A stretch of 64,000 bases of DNA from Octopus vulgaris. Taxonomy: Eukaryota. The notes under the pieces were generated by a model. It was not told the DNA's origin. It did not search any database and saw only the letters and a program-made list of their open reading frames with translations. Position numbers and translations under genes: made by a program. The stretch is from assembly GCA_951406725.2 (NCBI GenBank), contig OX597817.1, positions 144,770,001 through 144,834,000 of the forward strand. Direction: 5' to 3'. This document shows positions 38,990 to 51,903 of this stretch, piece after piece (position 1 is the first letter of the stretch; the number at the start of each line of letters is the position of its first letter).

Positions 38990-38995
38990 ACGCAT

Positions 38996-39033
<38 letters not shown>

Positions 39034-39662
39034 ATGCGTGCGTGTGTGTGTTTGTGTTACACCATCACTCGACAACTGGTGTTGGTGTGTTTACATCCCC
39101 AAAACTTAGTGGTTCAGCAAAAAAGACTGATAGAATAAGTACCAGGTTTTACACACAAAAAAAAACTGGGGTTGATTTGTTTCTTCAAGGTGGTACCCCA
39201 GCATGGTTTCAATCTAATGTTAAAAGATAAATACCTTAAGATATAATAGTATGATAGTACACATACATATATACACACATACTTACTTCAATATATGTTA
39301 CTAAACAAGATATGTACCTCAAGGTACATACTGTACCTAAATTCTCCGTCAACCAATGAAAGGTTGTCTCCCGTAGGTGACATCCTTGGAAACTGATTTC
39401 AATCTTAACATCAGGTTGACTGATTGTTTGTGGGTGAAATTTAATATGACTGAAAGTGTGCAGTCATGTCACCTGTCATGCATACAAATGAATTTGTATG
39501 TCTGTGCATGTCATTTGGCCGGATAGCTTGACACGTAACTAAAAATAGAAACTGTGACACTCCCGAGTCTCTTGCAATCAGAAATTCCATGAACAAGTGA
39601 TGCGGGGTCTGTTGGAAACTTGTAGCCAATGACACTGTGATTTACTAATTACAATGCAAAAT

Positions 39663-40034
39663 AAGCAAGAGGAGTCAGAGAGCGTAAACCTCCACCAAGG
39701 CAACACCAATGTTCTTTCAACGATTAGCCAGAGATGATTTTTAGAATGAGAATATCTGAAATAAACTCGAGTGCTCTCACAAATGAGAATAGTAAAAATG
39801 AACCTGACTGCTCTCAAAAATTAAATTAAAAATCAGGAAAAATAATCCAGAATCTTTTTTCCGGTAACGAATCGATCCCAAAATCTAATCAGTTTCTGCC
39901 AGTCACAAGACCAAATATCCCTGAAAGTGTCATCCAAATTCATCCAGCAGTTCTTGAGATATCTTGTCCATGGACAGACAAACAAACAAACACAACTGAA
40001 AACAATACCTTCACCTTTGCTAAGGCAGAGGTAA
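39663..40034 (+). mobile_element. Non-autonomous Helentron-like (HINE/DINE-type) element
   Basis: acctccaccaagg motif near one end; gacagacaaacaaac microsatellite followed by the terminal hairpin taccttcacctt.tgct.aaggcagaggta. Confidence 0.6.
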
Positions 40035-40436
40035 TAAATAAATAAATATGTGCCACCAGCACAAGAGCCACTCAGGCAGACCTGGCATCAACCACATTCG
40101 GATGATACTTTTTACGTGCCACTGGCATGGGAGACAGTGAAGAGACACTGGCCTATGTAGATTTTTTTCCTCTGGATGTAATATATCTTATTACATAATC
40201 CAAAGCAATACTCATCATATAGCTACTACTTGTTTCCAAGTTGTTTACTGAAATAGTAACAAATTAATTAGGTTTCAAGTGGAATACTTCAGAATCACTT
40301 CACTTTGTATTCACTAACATAAACCACTTTGCGGTCTGCTTAATCAGGGGTTGATTTGGGGATAAACAACGACTGATCTGACGTCTGTGGTATCTGCTTC
40401 AGACTTAGATGGATTTAACTGATAATGAATAAACAT

Positions 40437-40748
40437 GCCAGTGCCCCCTTACTGGCCCCGATGCTGGTGGCACGTAAAAAGTACTATCCGAATGCACTCG
40501 ATGCCAGGCCTGTCTGACTGTCTCCTGTGCTGGTGGCACATAAAAAGCACCATCTGAACATGGCTAATGCCAGTGCCCCTTGACTTGCCTCCATGCTGGT
40601 GGCACATAAAAAGCACCATCCGAACATGGCCAATGCCAGTGCCCCTTGACTTGCTTCCATGCTGGTGGCATGTAAAAAGCACCATCCGAACATGGCCAAT
40701 GCCAGTGCCCCTTGACTTGCCTCCATGCCGGTGGCACATAAAAAGCAC
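40437..40748 (+). repeat. Five tandem ~63-bp units derived from the RTE 3' UTR
   Basis: Repeated atgccagtgccccttgacttgcctccatgctggtggcacataaaaagcaccatccgaacatggc. Confidence 0.85.
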
Positions 40749-41971
40749 TATCACAGAAAGGACAGGCTTCCACAGTTTCCATCTACCAAATTCACTCACA
40801 AGGCATTGGATAGCCTGAGACACTTGCCCAAGGTGCTGCACAGTGAGTTTGAACCTCCAACCACATGGTTGCAAAGCAAGCTTCTTAACCACACAGCCAT
40901 CCTTGCACCTATAGGAATGAAAGATATAATAAATTATTTTTGCAATTTCTTCCAAATCACTGCATTTATGTAATAAATAATTAACATTAAGCATATTAAT
41001 ACTTCTCTCTGTATCCTTGTTCATGTCTGGCACCTAGCTGCCATAGGGGCCTATTATTTCTCCACCTCCGAAAATACAGTGAACAACATAAAATCAACAG
41101 TAATTATTTTGTATTACTAATTTAATTTCAAATCCTATCTGCCACAATAAAACAGTAATGTTTGTGTAGATGGTGCTTGACTTCCAGACACACTAAGTTG
41201 ATTATGTTGTGTTTTAAATATTTATTTATTTATTTATTTAATGAGCTATCAGCCAAAGCAACGTTAGACGGCATATTGAAGAAATAACTCGCATCCCCTG
41301 ATATGTGTTAAAAAGCTAGAGGCTTGTTCTCAATCAAATTCATTAAGAAAAGAAAATTAGGTGATAATATTGCTTTAAAGTATGAGAGAAGAGCAGCAGA
41401 TGGGGTGGGGTACAGAAAGACACAGACACAAACTAGGGAAGAGAAGCAATGAATAGTTCTATCATAAGTCAAAGATAGCAACAGACAAAAAAGTAAATTA
41501 ATGTTTTGGTAATTAAATTCTCCAAGTCATAAGCTAAGAATTCCTGAGGAGATATTTTTTTGGTGAATCTTCTACTTTTAAGAATTCCCCTTCAAATGAC
41601 TCAAGATTATAGCAAAGTTTATGTTTGGTAAACAGAAGTGAAGTGGTGACTGTCGAGTGTTTCACTTTAAATCTAATTAATTTGTTGCTGTTTCTATAGA
41701 TATATATTACTGTTAAATAACTACATTTTGTATACAAATAGATGTATATGGATGAGTATATGTATCATTACACACATACACACACACACACGTATGTGTG
41801 TACATATATATATATGTGTGTATGTGTGTGTAATATACACTTAATAGCAAATCAGTTTATTGAGAAACCACACACTTATGTATAAATAAACTTATCTGTG
41901 GACCGAGTTTCTATTATATACCCTGTCACCTGGACAAAGTTTCTAATATACACTTAGGCACACAATTTAAA

Positions 41972-42330
41972 TAATAATAATAATGAAATTGTTGTATACA
42001 GTGCTCAGGTGCTCCACAATTTGTCAAAAGTGCGTATAAAGCATATGCAGTAATGTACAAATGTCTGGGAAGTGAGCAGTGTATGAGTCAGATACATGTT
42101 TGCATGTGTATGGAGGGGAGAAAATCAGGTGTAGTGTTGGCGAATCTCAGGAAGCATGGCAGTTTTGAAGGATGCAGTGCTCCGACAACTAACAACTGAT
42201 GCCGGCAGTTTGTTCCATGCTTCAGTAACTCTTAGCATGAAAAAAATGTTTCCTAAAGTCATGGGAGCTGTGCTGTTTTCTGACTTTGTAAACATGTCCA
42301 CGGATGTGAGGGCGGTTGCTATGGCATTGA
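41972..42330 (-). mobile_element. CR1-like LINE 3' end
   Basis: RGHVYKVRKQHSSHDFRKHFF / LRVTEAWNKLPASVVSCRSTASFK motifs, a 3' UTR and a (TTA)n tail. Confidence 0.8.
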
Positions 42331-43330
42331 AGTAGATCTGGCCATCCCTGTTTACGGGGACAAAACCTGGATTTAAAACACTGGATGATGATGATGAAGA
42401 GGAGGAGGAGGAGTATTTTGCGTAGTAGCATTTCATGTCTTTACATTCTGGGTTCAAATTCTGTTGAGGTGAACTTTACCTTTTGTCTTTAAGTCCAGAA
42501 AAAAAGCAATGTAAGCTATATTAAACTCAAGCTTCAGCTTGTGTGCACCTAAGCGATGTCTAACTTTATAACACCACTTGAAGTCCTTTTAGGCTTCTTA
42601 CAACCCATTAATGTCACTATTAACCTTTCTGCCCTTCTTTACGGCGCTTCCATGATTTTTAATTTTATATTTACTGTGTCTTCTGCATGTATTTTTGGCT
42701 ATTATTGCCGTAGTTCTTTACTTGCAGTACAGCTGCTTTAAATTGTTTATTTTACCTTTATTTTTCCTTTTTGCTAGAAAGTTGTGGTGCATCTGTGCAC
42801 TGTATGCAATACACACGTTAGAATTTTTATTGTTACAAATGGGGTGATGTGGTATGGGCGTGTGTTGAGGAGGGTGATTGCATTTGAGGTAAATGGTGCA
42901 CAAAAGCAAGGTAGACCGAGGAAAAGGGGGAGAGGGAGATTGGGTGGGTTGGTTTGATTGGAAGATTGGGAGGATCTGTGTATATTTGTGTGTCTGTGTT
43001 TGTCACCCCCACCATCACTTGATAACTATGTTTTTATATGTATGTATATATATGTGTGTGTGTGTATAATAGAGAGAGCGAAGGAAACAGAAGTGAGAGA
43101 AAGAGAGAGCAACACTATCTTGCATAACTAATATATATATAACAATCCTTTCTAACGATCTCTCTCTCTCTCCCTCTATATATATATATCATCATCATCA
43201 TCGTTTAACATCTGCTTTCCATGCTAGCATGGGTTGGACGGTTCAATTGAGGTCTGGGAAGCCAGGAGGCTGCACCAGGCCCAGTCTGATCTGGCAGTGT
43301 TTCTACAGCTGGATGCCCTTCCTAACGCCA

Positions 43331-43365
<35 letters not shown>

Positions 43366-43800
43366 GGTGCAGGAGTGGCTGTGTGGTAAGAAGCTTGTTT
43401 CCCAACCGCTGGTTCTGGGCTCAGTCCCACGGTGTGGCATCCCCGGCAAGTGTCTTCTACTATAGTCTCGGGCCAGCCAAAGCCTTGTGAGTGGATTTGT
43501 TAGATGGAAACTGAAAGAAGCCTGTCGTATATATGTGTGTGTGTGTGTGTTTAGGGAACAGTTTTATGGTCTCCTTGTCTTGATGCTGCCTGGTTGTTGC
43601 AAATAAGTGTCTTCATCATTCAAGCAGTGTTCTTCACCTTCAGTCTTCCATGAAAATCATTTCTGGTCATGGAGGAAGTATTACATTGCTTGGAAACAAG
43701 CGAGGGATGACAACAGGAAGGGTGTCCAGTTATAGAAAATCTGCCTTAATGAATTCCATCTAACCCACGCAAGCATGGAAAAAGGACATTAAAGCTATGA
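43366..43800 (+). mobile_element. SINE family A head and core with an alternative RTE-like tail (similar copies at about 4755-5030, 26335-26690, 47545-47940, 54482-54850, and 13090-13720 -)
   Basis: Same tRNA head, but the tail ends ...ggaagggtgtccagttatagaaaatctgcc...gcaagcatggaaaaaggacattaaa(tga)n. Confidence 0.7.
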
Positions 43801-45453
43801 TGTTGATAATGATGATAATGATGTTGGTTTTGAAAAGAATGCCAATTTACATAATCACAATTTTCCTAATTCTACTCCAAAAGCAGCATCATTGGCCATT
43901 ATTGATGAATTTCCTTGAAATATTACTGGCCAAATCCTTTATTCCTGTCTGTTTTAATTATGGAGGTCAAAGGTTTGATTTTGTCTTGATCTTTTGATTC
44001 CTTGTGTTTACCAAAATCCTTCAATCCATTAAATTTATTTGTTCTCAGTGCCCATTGTTATCGTTTTCTCATGCCTCTTCATTCATGTCACTTCTGTTTG
44101 GCTCCAAATCAGCCACAAACAAACTGACCTGGAGTTCAATTCTAGCCAATGACTATGCCGGCTTTATTTATGATTTATTTTATTTTCCATATAGAGTGTA
44201 TTTAGAATTACATTATCCAGTGGATCCTTCAATTTTGAAGGCATCAGAGTGTAATTTAAAGGAGATTTAACTGCTATTTCTTGTGGACTGTGTGACTGCA
44301 TAGAAGCAATATGTGATAGAATAAGAAAGTAATATCTTTAATTTCTAACATATAACAATTTTCTCATAGCTTATCATTCTTGTTGTTTAGCTCTGGATTA
44401 GACATAATCAAGTATAAACTTAACAATGGCTCTGTCACATTTTAAATCATTAGGGTAATATGAAGGCTTGGGGGCCTAGTGGTAAGGGTGTTGTACTCCC
44501 AATCGGATAATCATAGTTTTAATTCCTAGACCAGGCAATGCATCGTGTTCTTGAGCAAAACACTTCATTTCACATTGCCCCAGTCCACTAAGCTATAAGT
44601 GAGTTCCAGCAATAGCTGCGAAGTTAAATCTGCAATGGACTGTCATCCTATCCAGGGTGGTGGGTGATGGGTAGCTGCTGTAATCTCAATCAAAAGCCCT
44701 AGGACTCAGCCTGATTTCCATAGCAGTTAAGTGACTACATTAAAGTATGTAATTTAAAGGTTTAATGGAGGTTTACCTACTATTTGTAGCATACAGTGTG
44801 ACTGCATTTAAGATATAATAGAACATAGAGAGTAATATCTTTAATCGCCAACCGTATAAAGATTCAAAAATGAACATTCAAAGTTTTAAAAAATAAAGAC
44901 TATTTTTGTATGAAATTTATATGATCATTAATATTTATGTTCCTTATGTTTAAATTGAATATTTTCACACACTTTTTACAGAAGTCAAATTGCATTTATA
45001 TAAAGAAGTAATTTTCTGGAAGATATTCCAAAGACTTTTGAATATTATCAATGTCTTAACGGTGCTTTATTATAACCATTCAAAAAATTTGGATTTAAGA
45101 ATTTCCTTCTATTTCCTCCTATACATGAATACTAAAAGTAAGGTGTTTTCTTCTCAAAGTTGTCTTCACAATTTTTGTACTTTTCCTATGGTTCTTTGAT
45201 CTAATCTGAAAATGATGATTCTTATTGAATTAACTAAAATTGTTTACCCCAATTCTTTCTATTCCTCTTCTAATTTCCTTAGAGTCTCTCCTCACTCCTT
45301 TTTTTCTCTGGTCCCCAAATTCTCTATATCTATTTCTAAGCAAACTTTCTTGTTCTTTATCTTTTCACTGTTCCTTGCTATTTCATCATCATTTCAAAAT
45401 TTATTACCTACTTTCACTTTCCTCACACTATTCCTCCTCCTTCTCTCTCTCTC

Positions 45454-45491
<38 letters not shown>

Positions 45492-45536
45492 ATGAAATTT
45501 CAACTTGTCTGATTTTTACAGTTTTACAATATTGAA

Positions 45537-45578
45537 ATAAACTAGTACTTTCAGGTATTACACAATCATCTGGTTTAT
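45537..45578 (-). ncRNA. Degenerate minimal hammerhead motif
   Basis: Minus strand: ataaac CAGATGA ttgtgtaatacct GAAAG TA CTA gtttat; 6-bp stem I, palindromic AGTACT, weak stem II. Confidence 0.45.
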
Positions 45579-45625
45579 GTAGTGACAGCCATGTTCCACA
45601 ATTGACAACTGTGTGTATGTATGTA

Positions 45626-45661
<36 letters not shown>

Positions 45662-45723
45662 GATAAAATATAAATAATATATAAATATATACATTTATAC
45701 ACACATATATGTACATACCTATA

Positions 45724-45767
<44 letters not shown>

Positions 45768-46218
45768 TTCATGCATATATGGGTACAGGACATAAAAAAA
45801 CATGAACAGAATGAAAAGCAAGAACAAAAAACAAAAACATAGAAAACAAACAAAGAAACGAGACAGGCAACACAAAGAACCTTCCCTTCATCAGCTGTCC
45901 CCTGCCCCAATCACTCTACGTTTCGAATGTAGGGACAAGACGTGACTTTGTTAAAACAGTCCTTCCTGCAAAGCAAATTGAATAAAACTTGGGATTTTTT
46001 GCGGAGGGTTAAAGTGGTAACAAAAACAGGACAGTAAGAACAAAACAGTAAAAACAAATGGTGAGGGCCGTTAAGCCAAGACGATGTGAAGTGGTGAACA
46101 CTGGAAAAACAAGCTTTGAGAAGAGACAGGCAAAAGCACGTCTTATCTTTAGGAAGAAAGTGGAGATATATATATTTATATGTGTGTGTGTATCATTTTC
46201 CACTTTCATTCATAATAA

Positions 46219-46371
<153 letters not shown>

Positions 46372-47706
46372 TAATATCACTGTTTTCTTGTTGATTTTAC
46401 TTGTTATTACATTCCTCTACATTCTGAGGTCAAATCCTGAAGGATGAGAAGCAGTGTTAGAAGTCAGTGGAACTTCTAAAATCAAATATTACAGACATCT
46501 AAAGCATTACATTTGTAAAATAATTTTGTATATATTCACAAATTATTCAGCTCTCTTTACATGTGTGTGTGTGTGTGTGTGTGATCTATCTTTTTTACTA
46601 CCCACAAGGGGCTAAACACGGAGGGGACAAACAAGGACAGACAAACGGATTAAGTCTATTATATCGACCCCAGTAACTGGTACTTATTTAATCGACTCCA
46701 AACAGATGAAAGGCAAAGTCGACCTCGGTGGAATTTGAACTCGGAATGTAGCAGCAGACAAAATACCGCTAAGCATTTCACCCAGTGCACTAACGTTTCT
46801 GCCAGCTCACCACCTTATGTGTGTGTGTGATCATCATCCTCATCATTCAGCATTTACTATGCTGGCATGGGTTAGACGATTTGACTGGAACTGGCAGGCC
46901 AGATAGCTGCATCAGATTCAAGTCTAGTTTGGCTTAGTTTCTATGTCTAGATGCTCTTCCTAATGCCAACCACTCCAAGAATGTAATGGGTGCCTTTTAT
47001 ATGTCACCAGCACTGGCCATGACCATGATTTCACTTAGCTTTATGTGTCTTCTCAAGCGCAATAAATTGCCAAATGTATGTATGTATGTATGTATGTACA
47101 TACGTACGTATCACACTGTGTATAGTGGTTGGTGTTAGGAAGAGCATTCGACCGTAGAGATTGGAACCTTGGTGCAGCCCCCGCCACCAGCTTGCCAGTT
47201 CTGGTTAAACTGTCCAACCCATGCCAGCATGGAAAAACAGACGCTAAATGAGGATGATGATATATATATATATATATCATGCTGGTAACATGTAAAAAGT
47301 ACCATTCAAGTGTGGTCAATGCCAATACCACCTGATTGGCTCTCATGCTGGTGGCACATAAAAATCACCCACTACACTCTCGGAGTGGTTGGCATTAGGA
47401 AGGGCATCCAGCTGTAGAAACTCTGCCAGATCAGATTGGAGCCTGGTGCTGTCTTCTGGCTTGCTAGCCCTCAGTCAAACCGTCCAACCCATGCCAGCAT
47501 GGAAAACAGATGTTAAACAACGACAATGAGGATGATGATGATATGCAAGACTAGATAAGCAGTTTATTTCACAACCACATGGATTCAGGTTCAGTCTCAC
47601 TGCATGGTACCTAGGACAAGTGTCTTCTATTATAGCCCTGGCCTGACCAATGCCTTGTTAGTGATTTCAGTTGATGGAGATTGAAAAAGAAACCCTTTAT
47701 GTGTGT

Positions 47707-47738
<32 letters not shown>

Positions 47739-48863
47739 TGCAGGAGTTGGGGTATCTCTTTATTTTGGCTTGAAGTGATTATGGTAACCAAACTTCACTG
47801 TCAGATAAGCACTGATCTTTGATTGGAGTCTTCCATGTAAAAACTTGTCTGAAATAGGGGAAAATATTATTTTGCTTGAAGACAGGTAGTGGTTGCCCTA
47901 GGAAGGGCATCCTGATATAGCAACCATGCCAAAGCAAACACTGAAAAATGGTGCTGTTGTTTGGATCAGTCAGATTCTGTTAAACCATCCCACCCATGCC
48001 AGCATGGAACATGGACATAAAATAATAATGATAATGCACGTGAACAAAACTTTCGAGCGAGGTCATTGCCAATGCCGCTGGACTGACTCCTGTGCAGGTG
48101 GCACGTTAAAAACACCATTTGCTGGTGGCACTTAAAAGCACCCACTACACTCTCAGAGTGGTTGGCGTTAAGAAGGGCATCCAGCTGTAGAAACTCTGCC
48201 AGTGATGATGATGGTGATGATGATGGTGATGATTCATATATTAGCAAACATCTAACAAAATGGTTAATGTAGTCCACACCATACTGATGCATGGAATGCT
48301 CTTTATGTAGAGACTATGTTTATCAGTATTTCATTAGCAATTCATATGCCATGAGTTTTCTTAGTCACTGCTAATTGGAGTTAATTAACTCTGCTAACAT
48401 TCACATTATCCATCTTATCAATTTAAACATCATACTATCACAATTATCAGGCTGCACATTATGTCATCGTGACATCAGGCCACCACAATACCATAGGGGT
48501 TAACACACAATCACAGTTATCTTGCATCTCCCATAATCGTACCACATGGTAGTATCATATCACCACAGATGTCACTATACATTGTCACATCATCACCACC
48601 AACACCACCATCACTGCCCCCATCACCACCACCTCCACCATCACTAAACTATGGTCATTGCACCACTGTACAACTGCTGTCATTATACTGATGAGGAGGC
48701 CTTTTGAACTTGCTAAAATTAACAGCTAAATTTTTCACCAAATCACACTGTCTAAAAATGTATTGGAAAAGATCTCAATAGACTGACTGTAGCCACCAGT
48801 TCCTGTCAAATCGTCCAACCCATGCCAGCACAGAAAACAGACGTTAAAGGTGATAATAATGAG

Positions 48864-48880
48864 ATCTATATGTACATACA

Positions 48881-48925
<45 letters not shown>

Positions 48926-48926
48926 C

Positions 48927-48985
<59 letters not shown>

Positions 48986-49115
48986 CATTATATATATATA
49001 TATATAATATATATATATACATATATACATATATACATTATATATATATATATATACATATATATATGTATATACATACATATATATATACATATATATA
49101 TACATATATATATAT

Positions 49116-49164
<49 letters not shown>

Positions 49165-49442
49165 CATACATATATATATATACATACATACACATATATA
49201 TATACATACATACACATATATATATACATACATACACATATATATATATACATACATACACATATATATATATACATACATACATATATATATATACATA
49301 CATACACACATATATACATACATATATATATACATACATACATACACATATATATATATACATACATACACATATATATATATACATACATATATATATA
49401 CACACATACATACATACATACATACATACATATTTATATATA
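48864..49442. repeat. Long (TA)n/(TACA)n low-complexity tract
   Basis: Direct reading. Confidence 0.95.
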
Positions 49443-50247
49443 TAAAAATTATATTGATATGATTGTCATCCCTTTGAACTTAATAACATTGCCCTCTTGT
49501 AGCTCCAGTTCTTTGCTGCTAATGCCATTTCAGCCATCATATGTTAACCTCTTAATCAAGCCATGTCAATGTTCTGTAATCACATGATTCTGAACTAAGT
49601 TAATAAAACTCTGCTGTGCAGAAAATACGGATCAATAGATTTAATAATCATGGTGTTATTCCAGGGCCTCTACCAAGAGGCATTTCTTCTTTTCCCCTTC
49701 TTTTATCAAGCTAGAATCTTAACAAAACAACGGACTAAAATATATACAAGAAGTAGCAGCAGTAATAATAATAATAATAATAATAACAATTATGATGATA
49801 ATAATAATAATAATAATTAGGCCAGAGATGTCCAGTGACATTTCTAGTTGACTCTTTTCAGTGATGAAATGAAGACTGCTCATCTGATTGGTGGATAATG
49901 ATGATGATGATAATAATAATAATAATGATAAGGAGGAGGAGGAAAAGGAGATCTGGTGAATGTGTGTATACTATGGGATTTTCCTCAGTACCCCCCCTTT
50001 ATCAATTAAATGCTTATTGACATTTGATTAATTAATGTTGGTATAGTCAAGAGCGACTAAATTAAAATCAGATTTCAATTAAATCAATATCATCGCTTAC
50101 ATTTGTTTTTTTCTTTTTTGTTTAATTATTTATTCACTCAATTTATTATTCTTCAAAATTTTCTATGGCAGTTACTGATATCACTACCAGATAGTTTGGA
50201 GTTTTCTTTTTTAATTGATGGCAGTTGCAATAAATAATAATAATAAT

Positions 50248-50749
50248 GCCCTGATGCAGTACCAGGCAGTGGCTCTCATGGCTCCTGATCTTAACTGATT
50301 GGAAGTTGTTTAGTCTCGGTATAAAAGATGGGCTACAGCAAATATTCTGCTCAATACCACAGATCTGCTTGTCAGTTGTTTGACCTTAACCAGTTGAGTA
50401 TGTCCCTTAGTGGCTGATGATATGTGCATCTCTGAACACGAGCAGAAGTAGTGGGGGAACATCATAGCTGTGTGTTGAGAGGAATTCTTTGAGGTTTGAA
50501 GAATTCACCTTTGGAAACATGGGTGGTTCATTCAACATCCTTAAACAACCCTTATTCTGGGACCATAAGAAAATTCTAACTGGGCCCCACCTGCAAGGTC
50601 ATGTGCTGTTTATCTTGATATGAGATCACCATGTCGCGCACATATGGTTGTGATGCATGTGCCTAGTGTACCTTTATCATGACAGGTATACTGGGCTTCG
50701 TATATTTTACCCCAGTGTCAATTTGATGGCATGCACTGCTCTCTCACTC
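50248..50749 (+). mobile_element. ~500-bp interspersed element embedded in (TAA)n, probably non-autonomous and associated with R4/Dong
   Basis: GC-balanced block with (TAA)n on both sides and no ORF; the family assignment is an inference. Confidence 0.4.
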
Positions 50750-50919
50750 AATAATAATAATAATGATGATGATGATGATGATGATGGCACTGGTGATGAT
50801 TATGATTTCATTTATTTGCCACAAGGGTGAAGGATGAGGGGGACAATACAAAACAAAGTGGTGGTGGGGGTTACATATAATGGAATGATAATATAAATAA
50901 CAAAAAGGTAACAAGCAAA

Positions 50920-51305
50920 GGTGCAGGAGTGGCTGTGTGGTAAGTAGCTTGCTTACCAATTACATGGTTCCAGTTCAGTCCCACTGCGTGGCACCTTGAG
51001 CAAGTATCTTCTACTATATAGCCTCAGGCCAACCAAAGCCTTGTGAGTGTATTTGGTAAATGGAAACTGAAAGAAGCCCATTGTATATATATATGCATAT
51101 GTATATGTTTATGTGTCTGTGTTTGTCCCTCCAACATCACTTGACAGCTGATGCTGGTGTGTTTCCATCCCCCTAAGTTAGCAGTTCAGCAAAAGAGACT
51201 GATAGACTAAGTACTAGGCTTACAAAGAATAAGTCCTGGATCCGATTTGACTAACGGTGGTGCTCCAGCATGGCCACAGTCAAATGAATGAAAGAAATAA
51301 AAGAA
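50920..51305 (+). mobile_element. SINE family A
   Basis: Full head, core and tail. Confidence 0.8.
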
Positions 51306-51604
51306 TAAGGTAAATATACACAGTATACTGTGAAAATGAAGGAAAATATAATATACAAAGATTAACAAAAAAAAAAGGGCAGGGGTGATAGAGATGTAGT
51401 CCTCCTGATACAAGATGACCTCTCGGGCTAATCAAGAAACCTCACTGTCCAAAGTCTCCCTGAACACCAAGGGCAAGAGCCCTCTTCAATTCCCTTTCTC
51501 TGACTAGTAGTAATAATGGGTTTTGGTTTATAACCTTGATTCAGTACCATAAATTTGGGATGAGAAGCATGCAATTGATTTAATCAGTAACTACATATAT
51601 TGGG

Positions 51605-51903
51605 TGGAGACGCATGGCCTAGTGATTAGAGCAGCGGACTCGCGGTCGATGGATCGTGGGTTCGAATCTCAGACCGAGCGATGTGTGTGTTTATGAGTGA
51701 AACACCTAAGCTCCACACAGCTCCTGCGGAAGGTAATGGCGAACTTCTGTTGACTCTTTCACCACAACTTTCTCTCACTCTTTCCTCCTGCATCTTGCTG
51801 CTCACCTGTGACAGACCAGCATTCCGTCCAGATGGGGAACCTATACGCCAAGGAAACCGGGAAACCGGCCCTTGAGCCAAGCATGGCTTGAGAAAGAACA
51901 AAC
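51605..51903 (+). mobile_element. SINE family D head and body with a third tail type
   Basis: ggagacgcatggcctagtgattagagcagcggactcgcggtc...gaaacacctaagctccac; tail ...aaaccggcccttgagccaagcatggc. Confidence 0.7.

Noticed and set aside
40437-40748. CRISPR-like look of regularly spaced palindromic repeats (also 31330-31650 and 60302-61255)
   Set aside because: The intervening sequences are themselves repeated (no unique spacers), there are no cas genes, and the context is eukaryotic TE sequence.
45880-45935. GAAACGTA...CTGATGA in permuted (type II hammerhead) order on the minus strand; similar at 28350-28400 on the plus strand
   Set aside because: No convincing stem I or stem II pairing can be drawn; probably Penelope-derived remnants.
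48735-49587. ORFs of up to 245 aa rich in Y/I/H/T or Y/I/C/V/M (also at 24760-25245, 20003-20509, 45394-45910)
   Set aside because: These are translations of (TA)n, (CA)n and (CT)n microsatellites, not genes.
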